Source of the DNA: Diplonema japonicum
Taxonomy: Eukaryota; Protista; Euglenozoa: Diplonemea
Direction: 5' to 3'
DNA: 64,000 nt
NCBI GenBank assembly: GCA_964019335.1
Contig: OZ025657.1
Location: forward strand, 372,001 to 436,000
Below the pieces are notes generated by a model that had not been told where the DNA came from, made no database searches, and worked only from the letters and a program-made list of their open reading frames with translations. A program made the translations under genes and the position numbers. Positions within the stretch are counted from its first letter, which is position 1, and the number at the start of each line of letters is the position of its first letter. Below are positions 1-11,323 of this stretch, one piece after another.

Positions 1-2986
1 TTGCTGCGTTGTGGGAGATGAGCTGCGGGAGGCACCGCTTCCGCCTCATGGTACGGAGGTGCAATTTGAGTTTCCAGAAGTACGTGTGGTACACCTTGCG
101 TTCGTTGTGGACACCGATAGAGGCACGTACGAACTTCTCAGTCGCTACTTGCTTTGAAGCGGCAGACCTCAGTCGCGAATCGGAGAGAGCGGCATGCTGT
201 TGCGAGTGTTGCAGCTCCTGTGATAGCTTTGACACCGTACGCTCATGCTCGCTGACTATCAGCATCGCCTGGTCTAAGGACGTCTTTAGATCGTACAGTT
301 TGTGCTGGCCATCTTCATTGCACGCTCGCAGCACCGCGATCTCCTGCTCCCTGCTGTCAAGGAGCCCCCGCAGCCCTGCTGCCTCACTGTCAATGTCCAT
401 CAAACTGCTTATCTTTCTAGCCATATCCTCCCTCTCGAAGTCTCTTTCCTCATGCATCCGTCCAACAGTCGCCTTGAACCCGTCACGCTCTACGCTCAGT
501 GCCCGCAGCTGATGGTCTCTCTCGGAGCCTGCTGCCTCGAGTACCTCCATCTCCGCTATCAAGCTGCTAACGTGGTTCTCGTGAGCAGTGTTTGAGGCCG
601 AAAGCTTGCTTGCCTCTTCACGTGTGCCTGAGAGGTCCTCTTGCAGGGATTTCAGCTGTTCTTTGAGAACAAAGTTCTCAGAGTTCATGACTGCGAGCGC
701 ATCGGCAGCTTTTGCATTCTCGTTAATCTGCTGCCGTAACAAGGCAATGGCATTAGTGTGCTCGGCCTTGGTCCTCCGTTCACCTTCGAGCTGGTTGGTC
801 AGCTCCGATGCTTTCCTTTGGAGCTCCATGTTGCGTTCTGACGCATTGTCGTGACAATTCTTCAAGCTGCGCCCCTTCCATCTGACTTGCACCAACAACA
901 AGTAGTACCTGCTCAGGAGGGCCTTCCTGCTAGCAGAAGAAAGCATCGCACGGAGTGCCTTCTTTCTGTTTGCCATGAGCTCCTCGTGTTTTTGAATATT
1001 CAAACACAGCCCTTTCTGGTAAATGTTCATCTCAGCTACATGTTGCTTTCTGATCGTGTTGATTCCCTGAAGTGTTGCGAGCTTCGCTTCTAATTCTGAG
1101 ATGTTGCAGCTTGCTGCAAAGCTCTTGTTTTGAATGGTTCTGCATTCGTCTTGCTTTCGCACGAGGTCTGCTTTCGCCCGCATGGCCGCCCGCCGAAGGG
1201 CATAAGTTGATAGCTTGCGCCATGCCTCACCGTACTGGCAGGTAGCGAGATACCTTGCGTGCTCGGCTGCAAGGACACGCTTTGTGCGAAGTGCCTTAAA
1301 CTCCGCAGACTGCTTCAAAACCTGCATCTCGTACATTTCCTCTTTGAAGCGCGGGTCCTCTACAGGGGATGCTTTTGGGCTGTCGGGAATACTGCTTTGA
1401 AACATCACTTCAGCCTCCAATCTTGTGATCTCCTCTTCGAGAAGGGCTCGCTGCTCCTCTCCCGTAAGAAGTTCTTCTTCCAGGTGCGACACCTTTGCTG
1501 TTCCCCTGCGTCGCGCAAGGCCCGCAGCATGGCTCCGCAGCATGGACCAGCAAGTGTGAAGGGTTGCCGTAGCTGTTTTTGTCCAGAGTAGCTTGGCTAT
1601 TTCCGCCCGTTGCGAGTACATCTGGTGACGGTACCGCTGCAAAGCCTTTGTGCAAGCGTTTCGTTGCAACCGTGCGTAGTACCTCCGAAGAACGTCCCTC
1701 TCGACGCAGGCAGCCATGGACTCGACTGCTGTATTGGCGACATGATGGCGTGCTGAGTCTATTGAGTCCTTCTGCGTACTGAGATCGCGGAGTTCCTTTT
1801 GCAGTGACTCCTTGTCTTTTTCAAGCACCTCAATACTTGATTCCATCTGCCCCACCTTAGCGCTGTGCCCTTTGTCGGCCGCTTCCATGCTCTGGATGCT
1901 GTCACAAAGACCAGCTAGCTGCGCCTCCAGTGTGCTTGCTGCTTCTGTTTTGTTGCCCACTTGAACCGTCAGCGTCTCCAGTCCCTTGCTCGTGGTGTCA
2001 AGCTCGCACGTCAGTGCTTGGATATTACTGTTGGCTTTCTCCAGGGAAGCTTCAAGTTCCCTTCTCACTTTAAGTACGTCGCGCAACTCTGTGTCCTTCC
2101 TGCTGATCTCATTCCGAGCCTGGGTCAGGTCTCTGTTGGCAACGCTGAGGCTTCCAGTCAAAGATTCCGTTTGCTCGGTGGAATGCTGCAGGGATATTTC
2201 TAGTGTTGCGTTGTGCTCCTTCAGTTCTTCGATTTCCGTTTGTGTCTTGCTGATCAGCTCCTCGGCTTTGATGCGTGCTTGCTCGGTTTCTGCAGTGGCT
2301 AACCTTGACTTTGCGGCGTGGCTCTCAGCAGTGGAGAGCTTGCTGCGCAAGGTGTTCATCTGCTCACGGAGTGACAGGGTGTCTTCCGTCGACTGCACAC
2401 GCATGTCACACAGCTCGGCTTCCGCCGTAATCAGCCGGAGGCGCGCTTCATTGCCGGCCTCTTGTGTTTCGTGAAGAGCAGTGACCTCTGCACGCAAGAT
2501 GCTGATAGTGTCGCGGGCATCGGAGAAGTTTACTTTTTGCTGAGCAGCAGCTTCTTGCTCGTCGGCTAGCTGCTTCTTTAAGGTGATGGTGGTGGATGTG
2601 GCGTCCGTTGCCTTCTGCTTCCACTTGTCCCGTTCTGTAGTAGCAAAGAGTAGGTCTGATTGCAGTGATTTTATCCGCTCAAAAGCAGTCACTACCTCAA
2701 CCTGTGCTTCCCGCCGGAGGTGCTCCGTTTCGTCCAAAACCCGCTTCCTTTCCCTGGAGGCTGTGCCACGGAGCAAGACCTGCATGGTTTTCATCTCTTC
2801 CTCGTGGTTGACCTTCGCCTCTCCGTTCTGCTTCATCACTTCCGACCACAAATCTTTCACTTCCTTATTGATCTCGTCCTGCGTCATCGTCACGTCTGTC
2901 ACTTTTTTTCGAATGTCCCCGACATCCTCTACTCTCTTGTGCAACACCTTCTTGGGTGCGATGTTCGGGTCGGGTTTTTCTCGCAT
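1..2986 (-). CDS. Long coiled-coil protein (~995 aa visible, 3' end runs off the window)
   Basis: Manual minus-strand translation from ATG 2986 (MREKPDPNIAPKK...) is open to position 1, so it is absent from the ORF track (no stop in window). Rich in E/K/L/A/Q heptads. The Ser-rich plus-strand shadow ORFs at 9, 588, 1215, 1986 and 2583 share one frame. Confidence 0.85.
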   Translation of the reverse strand, partial: MREKPDPNIAPKKVLHKRVEDVGDIRKKVTDVTMTQDEINKEVKDLWSEVMKQNGEAKVNHEEEMKTMQVLLRGTASRERKRVLDETEHLRREAQVEVVTAFERIKSLQSDLLFATTERDKWKQKATDATSTTITLKKQLADEQEAAAQQKVNFSDARDTISILRAEVTALHETQEAGNEARLRLITAEAELCDMRVQSTEDTLSLREQMNTLRSKLSTAESHAAKSRLATAETEQARIKAEELISKTQTEIEELKEHNATLEISLQHSTEQTESLTGSLSVANRDLTQARNEISRKDTELRDVLKVRRELEASLEKANSNIQALTCELDTTSKGLETLTVQVGNKTEAASTLEAQLAGLCDSIQSMEAADKGHSAKVGQMESSIEVLEKDKESLQKELRDLSTQKDSIDSARHHVANTAVESMAACVERDVLRRYYARLQRNACTKALQRYRHQMYSQRAEIAKLLWTKTATATLHTCWSMLRSHAAGLARRRGTAKVSHLEEELLTGEEQRALLEEEITRLEAEVMFQSSIPDSPKASPVEDPRFKEEMYEMQVLKQSAEFKALRTKRVLAAEHARYLATCQYGEAWRKLSTYALRRAAMRAKADLVRKQDECRTIQNKSFAASCNISELEAKLATLQGINTIRKQHVAEMNIYQKGLCLNIQKHEELMANRKKALRAMLSSASRKALLSRYYLLLVQVRWKGRSLKNCHDNASERNMELQRKASELTNQLEGERRTKAEHTNAIALLRQQINENAKAADALAVMNSENFVLKEQLKSLQEDLSGTREEASKLSASNTAHENHVSSLIAEMEVLEAAGSERDHQLRALSVERDGFKATVGRMHEERDFEREDMARKISSLMDIDSEAAGLRGLLDSREQEIAVLRACNEDGQHKLYDLKTSLDQAMLIVSEHERTVSKLSQELQHSQQHAALSDSRLRSAASKQVATEKFVRASIGVHNERKVYHTYFWKLKLHLRTMRRKRCLPQLISHNAA

Positions 2987-3068
2987 CTCTTCCTCCCCCT
3001 CCCCCCGACCCTGTGATGGTGTAAAACAGAAATTCAGGAGGTGGAAAAGGAGAAAAGATAGAATTTGT

Positions 3069-5573
3069 CTACGCACTCTTTACCTTCGCGTTCGGGAAAA
3101 CACCCGGAAGATTAGAAACGGTGATAGAAACCGCAGTGTAGGCAGTGGTGACGAGACGGGGGTCGACAAAGCTTCTATTAGATAAGACATGCGACTCCAA
3201 CCGTTCGTAAAGGACAGGGTTGGTCATGGCAGCCCTGGAGAACGCGGCAGTAGCCAAGAGGTAGTTAGCGTTGTTTTGGGTGGCAGGGGCTTCGGTCGAA
3301 GGGCTGCCGATAAGTAGCCCTGCTGCACTTGCAAGCATCTGTAACGTGTCCGTGTCGATGGACAGCCCGTTGTACGTGAAGGCGTTGATGACGACACAGG
3401 CGTCCATGTGCCTGCACACGGGGTCTGAGACTGCTGCGTAGGCCTTGCTGTATAACTTTTCCCAGAACCAGGACATGTCCCGATTCTTGGGGCGGAACTC
3501 ACTGTACACTTCGCAAAGAGAAATCACGTCCCTTATTGATACCCCACTCAACCCAAAGATAGCTCGCTCTGCTACTGCATTCGCGATTCGATGAAATGAC
3601 AGGGGCAACCTCCTGAAGAACTTAAAGATCTGAAGTAGCGTTGCAATGGCCTTCGCTAAGGAAAGACCTCGTTGCCAGTGTAAAGCTAGCTTGTCGGCTA
3701 ACATCGTCCAACTCTCCCGTCCGGCGTGTGCCTCCCTGTCCAGAATCTCGTAGAAACTCATCAGATTTAGAAGGCTGTCGAATCGCTTCTCTACGTTTAG
3801 CAGCGCCGTAAGCACTTCTGACACAAGCTGATGGTGTCCATCTATCGTCATGTTGTGTATGGTGCTGCGTCTGATCCCATAGGACACTGCAGGGCTGTTT
3901 TTACATTCGGAAGGCTCACCCACTACATGTTGTAGTAAGCGAAGCGCAACTGGTATCGCTGCCTTTGCTGCCTTCTCATCTGCTGTTGTGGTTGCGTATT
4001 TCAACCGCAGCTCAACGCCCCTTAGGATTGCTCCTAGAAAATTCGGCCTGTTCTGCAGCATCCTCTGGTCACCAAGCAGGGTCCGCTTCCACAGCACGTC
4101 TTCATACCGAACGCTGCATTTCCGTGCAAGCACGTAGCAATGCGTCCCCAAGTCCACGCATGCGTCCGCATCGCTGTGCTCAACGTACTTTGTCACATCT
4201 GCCAGGAACTCTTCGATTGTGTCGTTCGCTGTGTCAAGGTCCTTGATGCGTAACTGCGCAAGAGGCTTTATGAAGTTCTTCAGCACTTGTATTCCTTTGT
4301 ACCCAGCAGGAAGGTCCCCCGCTTTCAGTGCAGTGGACGTAGCAGCCATCATGCTCAGAGCCATGTTTTTGTTGGGGCGTGTTTTCAAATATCCGCCGAA
4401 CTTTGCAATGTCGTCAGGAATGTGTGACACTCCCAGTGCTGCCTCCGATACTAATTGTGGAATGCGGACCCTGTTGTCCCTGGCGTGGGACACAAACGCC
4501 ACGAGGCTCACCTGGGTGTGCGGGGGCAAGTCTTCCACGCACAATGGGCATAAATATTTCTCACAAATCCTGAGAACCAGATCCTCGTCCTTGCAGCTTA
4601 AGAAGAATTTGCACAAACGGATGGAATCATCAGCCTCGTACATCACACGGGACGACAACAAGTACTTCGTGATGACTTCATAACACACAAGGTTAGCGTC
4701 ACACGTGCCTGCTATGTTCAGACCGAACAAGTAGCTGAGGCCTCTGACGAGACGAAGCAAGTCTCTTCTGGAAAACGGGAGCCCGGTCTCGTTACGAGGA
4801 CCATCGAGCAGCCCCGTCCCCTTCGTGCTGAGGATGGTGGCAACATTGTCAATATGAAGCCAAACATCGTTGATAATCCGGTTATGACGGGCAATGACCA
4901 GCGTATAGATCGAGAGCTTGCCGAGAGATGGTGTGTGCGTCCCGGACAGGTTCAAAAAACAGTCGATAATGCAGTTTAAAACCTTCCCATCTACACAAGG
5001 CATCCTGCGGTAGGCGAATAAAACCCGTGAAATGTCGTCTAGTACCCAGAGTTTGATGTTAACAAGCTTGAGGGAGTCTTCAAGTATGGCCCAAAGGGAG
5101 GGTGACATGAGGCTTGTGGTGGTGAGGGAGTACATCCACCAGGATATGCTTGATGGGGTGTACCTTAGCAGGAATTGGTTTTTCTGGAGGTTTTTTTCTA
5201 TGAGGCCGGAGAAGGATGATGGTAGAGGTTCCATGCCTGCTCGGTGCAGCATCACCATTGCGGGTCCTGCCTCCGTTCCTTTCATTTCTGTGAGGTTTTT
5301 CGTCAAGTTGTTGAGAACATCTTCCGCCACGTAATGGGGTGGGGTTGAACGGGTTTTCAAAGCAGCCTCACTGAGGGTCCCAGCTATCCCCTCTGTTTCT
5401 TTTATTTTAGGCCACACGGTTTCCATAGCCCCTCGTGTCACGCTTCTGAGATCTTTATCCAATATTTCCGTTTCGATCCATTCCTTTAGTTCTGATTCTT
5501 TCCGCGATCCGCCTTTTCTCGCGAAATTCACTGCAGTTCTGCTTTGTCTCTTTACCATGTGTATTCTCCTCAT
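3069..5573 (-). CDS. 834-aa alpha-helical repeat protein, possibly an organellar RNA-binding (FASTK/OPR/HPR-like) protein
   Basis: Long ORF with a basic, Arg-rich N-terminus and degenerate helical repeats such as DDISRVLFAYRRM, RDVISLCEVYSEF and DACVVINAFTYNG. The family assignment is inference. Confidence 0.65.
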   Translation of the reverse strand: MRRIHMVKRQSRTAVNFARKGGSRKESELKEWIETEILDKDLRSVTRGAMETVWPKIKETEGIAGTLSEAALKTRSTPPHYVAEDVLNNLTKNLTEMKGTEAGPAMVMLHRAGMEPLPSSFSGLIEKNLQKNQFLLRYTPSSISWWMYSLTTTSLMSPSLWAILEDSLKLVNIKLWVLDDISRVLFAYRRMPCVDGKVLNCIIDCFLNLSGTHTPSLGKLSIYTLVIARHNRIINDVWLHIDNVATILSTKGTGLLDGPRNETGLPFSRRDLLRLVRGLSYLFGLNIAGTCDANLVCYEVITKYLLSSRVMYEADDSIRLCKFFLSCKDEDLVLRICEKYLCPLCVEDLPPHTQVSLVAFVSHARDNRVRIPQLVSEAALGVSHIPDDIAKFGGYLKTRPNKNMALSMMAATSTALKAGDLPAGYKGIQVLKNFIKPLAQLRIKDLDTANDTIEEFLADVTKYVEHSDADACVDLGTHCYVLARKCSVRYEDVLWKRTLLGDQRMLQNRPNFLGAILRGVELRLKYATTTADEKAAKAAIPVALRLLQHVVGEPSECKNSPAVSYGIRRSTIHNMTIDGHHQLVSEVLTALLNVEKRFDSLLNLMSFYEILDREAHAGRESWTMLADKLALHWQRGLSLAKAIATLLQIFKFFRRLPLSFHRIANAVAERAIFGLSGVSIRDVISLCEVYSEFRPKNRDMSWFWEKLYSKAYAAVSDPVCRHMDACVVINAFTYNGLSIDTDTLQMLASAAGLLIGSPSTEAPATQNNANYLLATAAFSRAAMTNPVLYERLESHVLSNRSFVDPRLVTTAYTAVSITVSNLPGVFPNAKVKSA

Positions 5574-5584
5574 TTGGACATGAC

Positions 5585-5615
<31 letters not shown>

Positions 5616-5689
5616 CTCTCTTTTTTTTTTCTTAAAAGCCCTTCAGACACTTGTGCTTCTTTATTTAAAAAAAGGTTTAAAAAAAAGGA

Positions 5690-6262
5690 GACATTTAAGG
5701 GTACCTGCGGTATGTGGCAGGACGCCTGAAGAGTCTCAATCTATCTCTTGATCGAACCTTTCTGCTGTGGTGTGGCCTTCGGCCCCTCGTTCGCCCTCCT
5801 CGGTACCTTAGGTATAACCCTCAACCGAGTTGGTAAGGACACAATAGTTGTACAGTTGTTTCTCAAGGATGTGGCGGGTCGCCGGGGAGGCGAATACCTG
5901 TCTAGAGGAGTAGCCCCTTATGGAGCCGTTGTAGTAACCCAACGTGCGTAGGGAGTGGACAGAGGCTACCGAAGCAGCTGGAATGAGGGGCGCTATGCGC
6001 TAATTGGTGTGGATGCGTTCTAGTGCCGCTATCACCCGGCCTATGACACGCGCGCTCTCCTGGATGTCCTCACCCTCTCCACAAGGCGAGAGTCCTTCTG
6101 TGGCAATGAAGTCCACGGCCAGCTCAAGCCTGGAGACCTGTCCACCTGTTGTACCCCAGTGAAGGGCCGAGAGCCATCGGATGACGTGCGGGAATAGTCG
6201 CGGGAGGTACTGTTGCCTCAAACCGTTGTCGTAGTACCACCTCAGTGACCGCGGCTTGAGCA
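5690..6262 (-). pseudogene. Decayed coding remnant, possibly the 3' end of a non-LTR retrotransposon ORF
   Basis: GC-balanced island between poly-T tracts. It translates as ...IRWLSALHW...VSRLELAVDF...RIHTN*...HSLRTLG... with internal stops. The resemblance to C-termini of protist LINE ORFs is from recall, not a search. Confidence 0.4.
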
Positions 6263-6351
6263 AAAAAAAAAAAAAAAAATAGGAAATGAGATAGTTTTCA
6301 GGAGAAAAAAGAAGAGAGAGAGAGAAAAAAAAAAAATATAAGAATATATAA

Positions 6352-6456
6352 GATAAAGGAGGCCAGGTGTTGGCGCCCCTGCACAAGCACCGTCTGCTCG
6401 ATTTCAGGCGCCAACTCGGCCGAGTTGTAGCTGCTGCATTCCGCGTCGTGTTCTTT
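6352..6456. repeat. Diverged, truncated copy of the ~320-bp dispersed repeat
   Basis: taaaggaggccaggtgttggcgcccctgcacaag...ggccgagttgtagct...ttccgcgtcgtg matches the first ~110 nt of the copies at 11901, 36186 and 61499. Confidence 0.8.
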
Positions 6457-6669
6457 AAAAAAAAAGAAGAAAAAAAAAAGATATAAATAAATATTTACGG
6501 TCGTTGAAATTCCCATTTTTTCTTTTTTTGAAAAAAACCTCATCGTGGTCAAAATCTTTAGGGGGCTTTCAGGAAAGCTCGGGAGGTTGCACTGAGGGGG
6601 AAAAAAAGAAGACGATTGACAGTGATGTTGTCATTCTTTCTTTTTCTTCCGTTCAAGAAGTGACTTTTT

Positions 6670-6706
<37 letters not shown>

Positions 6707-7598
6707 AAATTTGGAAAATTCAAGCAAGGAATTGAAGAAACCAAAAAGAGAAAAAAAGAAGAAAAAAAAAAAGAAAAAAGAGGAGGAGACACGTCGTCGA
6801 AAAGACAAAAAAGAAAAGAGAGAAAAAAAAAAGGGAAAATGCTTTGACTGACATGTGCAAGGCATTGGGGGAGGTAGAGAACAAGGTTAAAAAAATGGGG
6901 GGAGAGGGAGGACAGGGCTGGACTTTTTTTAAAAGAAGAAGAAAAGAAGTTTTTCTTTCTTTCTGTCTCACTTTTCTTCTTCGTTTTGCTTATTGATGCA
7001 TAGAGAAATATAACAAAAAAAAGGGGGGGATAAATAAAGTGAAGAAAAGAACAAAAATAAGGGGGGGGGAGGACCCCACTTTTTCAGGAACCTTTAGCAG
7101 ACACAGAACTACAAATGAGTCCCCAGGGGGTGTGCGTGCCTTCCCAAATAGATATTTATACGGTCACATAATTTTTAAAAAGAAATGCTTAAAAAATCTT
7201 TCTCTAAAAGATAAAGAACTTCTGGACACTTTTTTTTTTTTGTATCCTGGCCTTTTTAAAGCACTGTTTTATGACGGCTTACACGAAGAAATGCCTATTT
7301 TGGTTCCCTCCCTTTTTTTTTTTTAAATTCTTTCCTCCACATTAAACATAGATATGACTGAGGGAAGTACAAGGGAAAGAGAAAGAAAGAAAGAAGAAAA
7401 AAAAAAGAAGAAAGACATAATATATAATAATAAAAAAAAAGAGGTGTAGAAGATTCAGAACTTTCAGAATAAAATAAACTCAAATTAACATGCAAACTCC
7501 CAGAGCAAAAGCCGCATGCCAAATAAAAAAAATAAGATAAACCCCCCCAAGGGGGTGATTTTCTCCAGGAGCTTGGTGCATACCAAGATAGGAGAGGG

Positions 7599-7631
<33 letters not shown>

Positions 7632-8260
7632 GTCGCCCCTTGGGGAAACCAAGATTCCCTGGGAGAGCAAAAGCCCAAAGCTGCTCGTCACCAGTGGTAG
7701 ATAACGCCTCAAGTTTGCACAAAGAAATTGAAAAATAAATTAAAAAAAAAAAGCAATGCAACAGCAGTTGGCCACCCATCTCTGCCAGAAAAGGAAAGTT
7801 GAAAAACAACGGTAAATATAATCTCTTGTGTCCCCTTTGGTTGCCTTGGTTTTTGTATCAGCCACCGGGTCCCTTTGTAGGTCCCCTTGTCACCTGTTCG
7901 CAGAAAAAAAACCCATTTTAAATTTAATTCGAGTTTCCAGGAAAAGGTAACTTGTGTTTAAATTATGCACCCATAGCCGCTTTCAAGGCTTGGGCCAGTT
8001 TTTTTTGGGGGGGTGGGGGGGGATGGCTATTCTTCTTATTCTCAAATTCTCAAATATTCTCAAATAAAGTTTTTTTTTCTTCTTTTTTTCTTTCTTTCTT
8101 GGATGTTGTCATTGATTCTCTTCTTCACATTGCTCCTCTCACCAGTATCAGACTCGGGCGTCGTCGAATCGGAGGAAGAAAAAAAAAAAAAAAGAGTCAG
8201 CATTTGTTGAACTGTACTGAAGAAAAAAAAATAAAACGCGGGGCGGATTTTCAATCAGCA

Positions 8261-8302
<42 letters not shown>

Positions 8303-9117
8303 TGTAAAGCTACATGAGGGAAATTCTACAGTACCATAATAATCAGAAAAATCACTTTACTTGCTTGATGAGAAAATGTAAAGAGCAAGAATAAACGTAA
8401 AGCTCAAAGCGTGTCGTAAATGTAAATCTGATTTTTGCTCTTTGCTGCGATTTTCGGTGTTCGTCTTCATTTTTTTGAATCTGGGGCATCAAGGCCTTCA
8501 AGCCCTGAAGGGCCGTTTTTTTCATCCGATTTTCCAAAAAAAAGTTCGCTTTCCAGTACTTGAACCGGCGTCTCTGACGCCAACCTGAGCTACGGCATGT
8601 TACGTTTTTTTTTTTTTTTTTTTTTTTTTTTTTGAAACATAACCCGGCATTGCTCCGCCTATAATTGTAGTCAATGGGAAAACTTAGCCTTATTTTGCAG
8701 CAGCTTTCTTCAGTTTTCTTGGTGTCCGAATTTCCCTCATTTAACTTTACAAAATTAAACAAAATATTCATACTAAATAAAAATCAGTTAGATTTTTACT
8801 CGGAATGTTTTTTTTTTTTTTTTTTTTTTTTTCCCACTCGTCTTTTTTTTTTTTTTTTTTCTTTTTTTTTTTTTGCTCCTTCCATATGCAAATATAGGCA
8901 AACAAATAGTGTAGTACAAAAAAAAAAAAGACAAAAAACGAAGAAAAAAAAAAAAAAAAAAAAAGCGCAAGAGAAAAAATATGCAAAAACTGCACTGGCC
9001 TACGAATGAAGAAGAAAAAAATTAACAAAAAAAAAAAAAAAAAAAAAAAAAAAGAAAGCGAGGATTGGTGAGGCTTTTTTGTGCCAAAAAAGAAAAAAAC
9101 ATAGTGAAGTACTATAT

Positions 9118-10266
9118 GAGCTCGTCCGGAAAAAAATGTCAACAAATGACTCTCCTATGCGGCGTAAAACCCCCGTTAAATTTCTAAGTAAAAAAGTAGT
9201 CCGACACCACTTTGTGTGCAGAAATGCAGTCTAAGCTTGAACACCATATAGGTCAAAATGCTCGCCGTTTGTTTTATTTTTAAAACGCACGTGCAAAAAC
9301 ATGTTTTTTAGAATGGTTTTTGGCAAACGATTCAATTTGGAAGTTACAAATAACCCAGACTCAATTTTTTATTTTCTTTTTTCCGTGAAAAGCGACAGGA
9401 GGAATGGACGCAGATTGAAAATCTGTGAAATTTCTTACTTTGGGGCATTTTGGGTGGGCTGGACTATAAATCACTATTAAAATGGGTTAAACCTGCCATT
9501 TTGGCCTATTTAAGGCTAAAATCCCTTTAAAACCCCTTAAAAAAGCAGAATTTTCACTTTTAAAGTATTATGAGTGCAAAAGAAAAGGAAAAACCTCAGC
9601 AGATGGGTAGGGAATGAAAGTTTGACCCCAAAGATACCAATGTCGAAGCTCTGCATGAGCAGGCAAGTGTTAAGAATTGGTTTTTCTGAAAAAGGCCAAA
9701 ATCTTTAAGAACCCCTTGAAAAAGCCAAAAAATAGGGTGTAAAAAACTGGATTTTCGGGGGCTATGCGGCGCCATATATTTTTTGCATGAACAAGAAAAA
9801 CAATATATTGATAATGAATTGTTATTGCTAAAAAGAGTAGTGGTAGCATTGTTGGGCTTATCCTTCTACAGGTTAATCCCGGCTGTGCACAAACAACAAT
9901 CAACCGACTCTTTTTCGCTAAGTACTTTTAACAGTAACCCGACCCTGGGTTGTACCCAGGGGTCACAAGTGCGCTTGAACACCAATTTTATGCACCCTAG
10001 ATGCTGCATTTTAAGCAGTGAAATTGAATTTTAAACATTTTTTGCCGTTTTTTTGACCTCTATTTTTCGCTTCCCGGGGGCAGCCGGTTGCAAAGCCTGC
10101 CACCCTCATGGCAAAACAAGCATCGCAATTGAAAGAACGGCGTCATGTACACCATTAATGTCATCTTCCTATGGTTGCATGCTGCCCTTTTTTTGTTCAA
10201 ATAATCAAAACAAGAAATTTTCGGAGGTGCCCAAAAAAGTGTTGACATTTTCGTCCAGACGAGCTC
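9118..10266. mobile_element. Non-autonomous DNA transposon (MITE-like, Sola-like termini), 1149 bp
   Basis: Imperfect ~26-bp TIRs GAGCTCGTCCGGAAAAAAATGTCAAC / GTTGACATTTTCGTCCAGACGAGCTC, with ATAT on both sides (9114-9117, 10267-10270). GAG...CTC ends and a 4-bp TSD fit the Sola superfamily. No transposase ORF. Confidence 0.75.
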
Positions 10267-10790
10267 ATATTCTTTTCTCTCTTTTTTTTTTTTTTTTTTT
10301 TTTTCTCCAGAGTGTTGTGAAATAGATCCTTACTAAACCGCTAAGGAATGATTTTTTTTTTTATACCGTACTTTCAACTCTGTCCGAGGTACCCGGCAAA
10401 GTTACTAATTTGTTGGTAGCAAATAGCTTTTTTTTTTCCCCCCCGCAGGCGATCAATAGTTCAGAACGATCGGGGAGGAGGGGCAAAAAAGAAAAGTGTT
10501 GCGCTAGCATTTCACACCCTGCATTCTCTTCCCCCTCCACAAAGAAAAAAAAAAACAAGAATTGAAAAGAGCAACAATTGATTACATTATTTATACGATA
10601 GCTGCATTCTGCAAAAGTGAACAATGTCAAGACGGCAGTTTTGCCCGGGTGGAATAACACACCCGGGCCTGAACTAATACCTGAACGCTGAAAAAGAATT
10701 GAGGACATTTTGTCAGCCCGGTCGGCACTTTTTCACTGTTATAGCATTTTTTTTTTTTTTTTTATTGGGGAGATGGGGAGGGAAGAAAGG

Positions 10791-10821
<31 letters not shown>

Positions 10822-11281
10822 AAGGGTTAGGTAACCGTATTTTTCAATCTGCTTTTTAATTTTCCCGCCTCCCGATCTAAAAAAGAAAATGAAAACTACG
10901 GCAATGCGTTGTGTGGGCTTACGAGGGTGGTTTTCTTTTCTCTTTTTTCTTTTTCTTTTCGTCTTTCTTTTTTTTCTTTCTTTAAATCCAAGACAAAAGA
11001 GAACTACCACCAGGAGAAAAAGAGGGACGAGGGGGGAAGGAGCGAGAGTAACGTGCAGTTTTATTTCTTTGTCAGAAAATAAAAAAAGGGGGTTTTCTCT
11101 TTGTTCTTTTCTTTATATATGTTTGACCCCCCCCCCCCCCCCTCCCTTTTCCCCTCTCATCTCCCCAATCCCCAAATAGAGAACAAGGAGATAACCTCTA
11201 AAGGAAAAAAAAATAAAAGCGCACTTAGCAGAAAAGAAAAAAAAGGGGGAGGGGAATCGCAGGAATATCTCAACACAAAAA

Positions 11282-11323
11282 GATGTCTTTGAAGTGAACC
11301 TGCAGTATGTGACAGGATCGCCT
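11282..11323 (+). repeat. 42-bp dispersed motif (second copy at 57031-57072)
   Basis: gatgtctttgaagtgaacctgcagtatgtgacaggatcgcct is 41/42 identical to the 57031 copy. Confidence 0.85.

Noticed and set aside
6298-9145. Poly-F / poly-K ORFs in spacers (also at 10.7-11.8, 19.8-20.8, 43, 50.7-51.5 and 59-62 kb)
   Set aside because: Translations of A/T homopolymer tracts.
10371-10745. Possible second MITE containing the hairpin GCCCGGGTG-N8-CACCCGGGC
   Set aside because: No matching terminal inverted repeats or TSD could be found.
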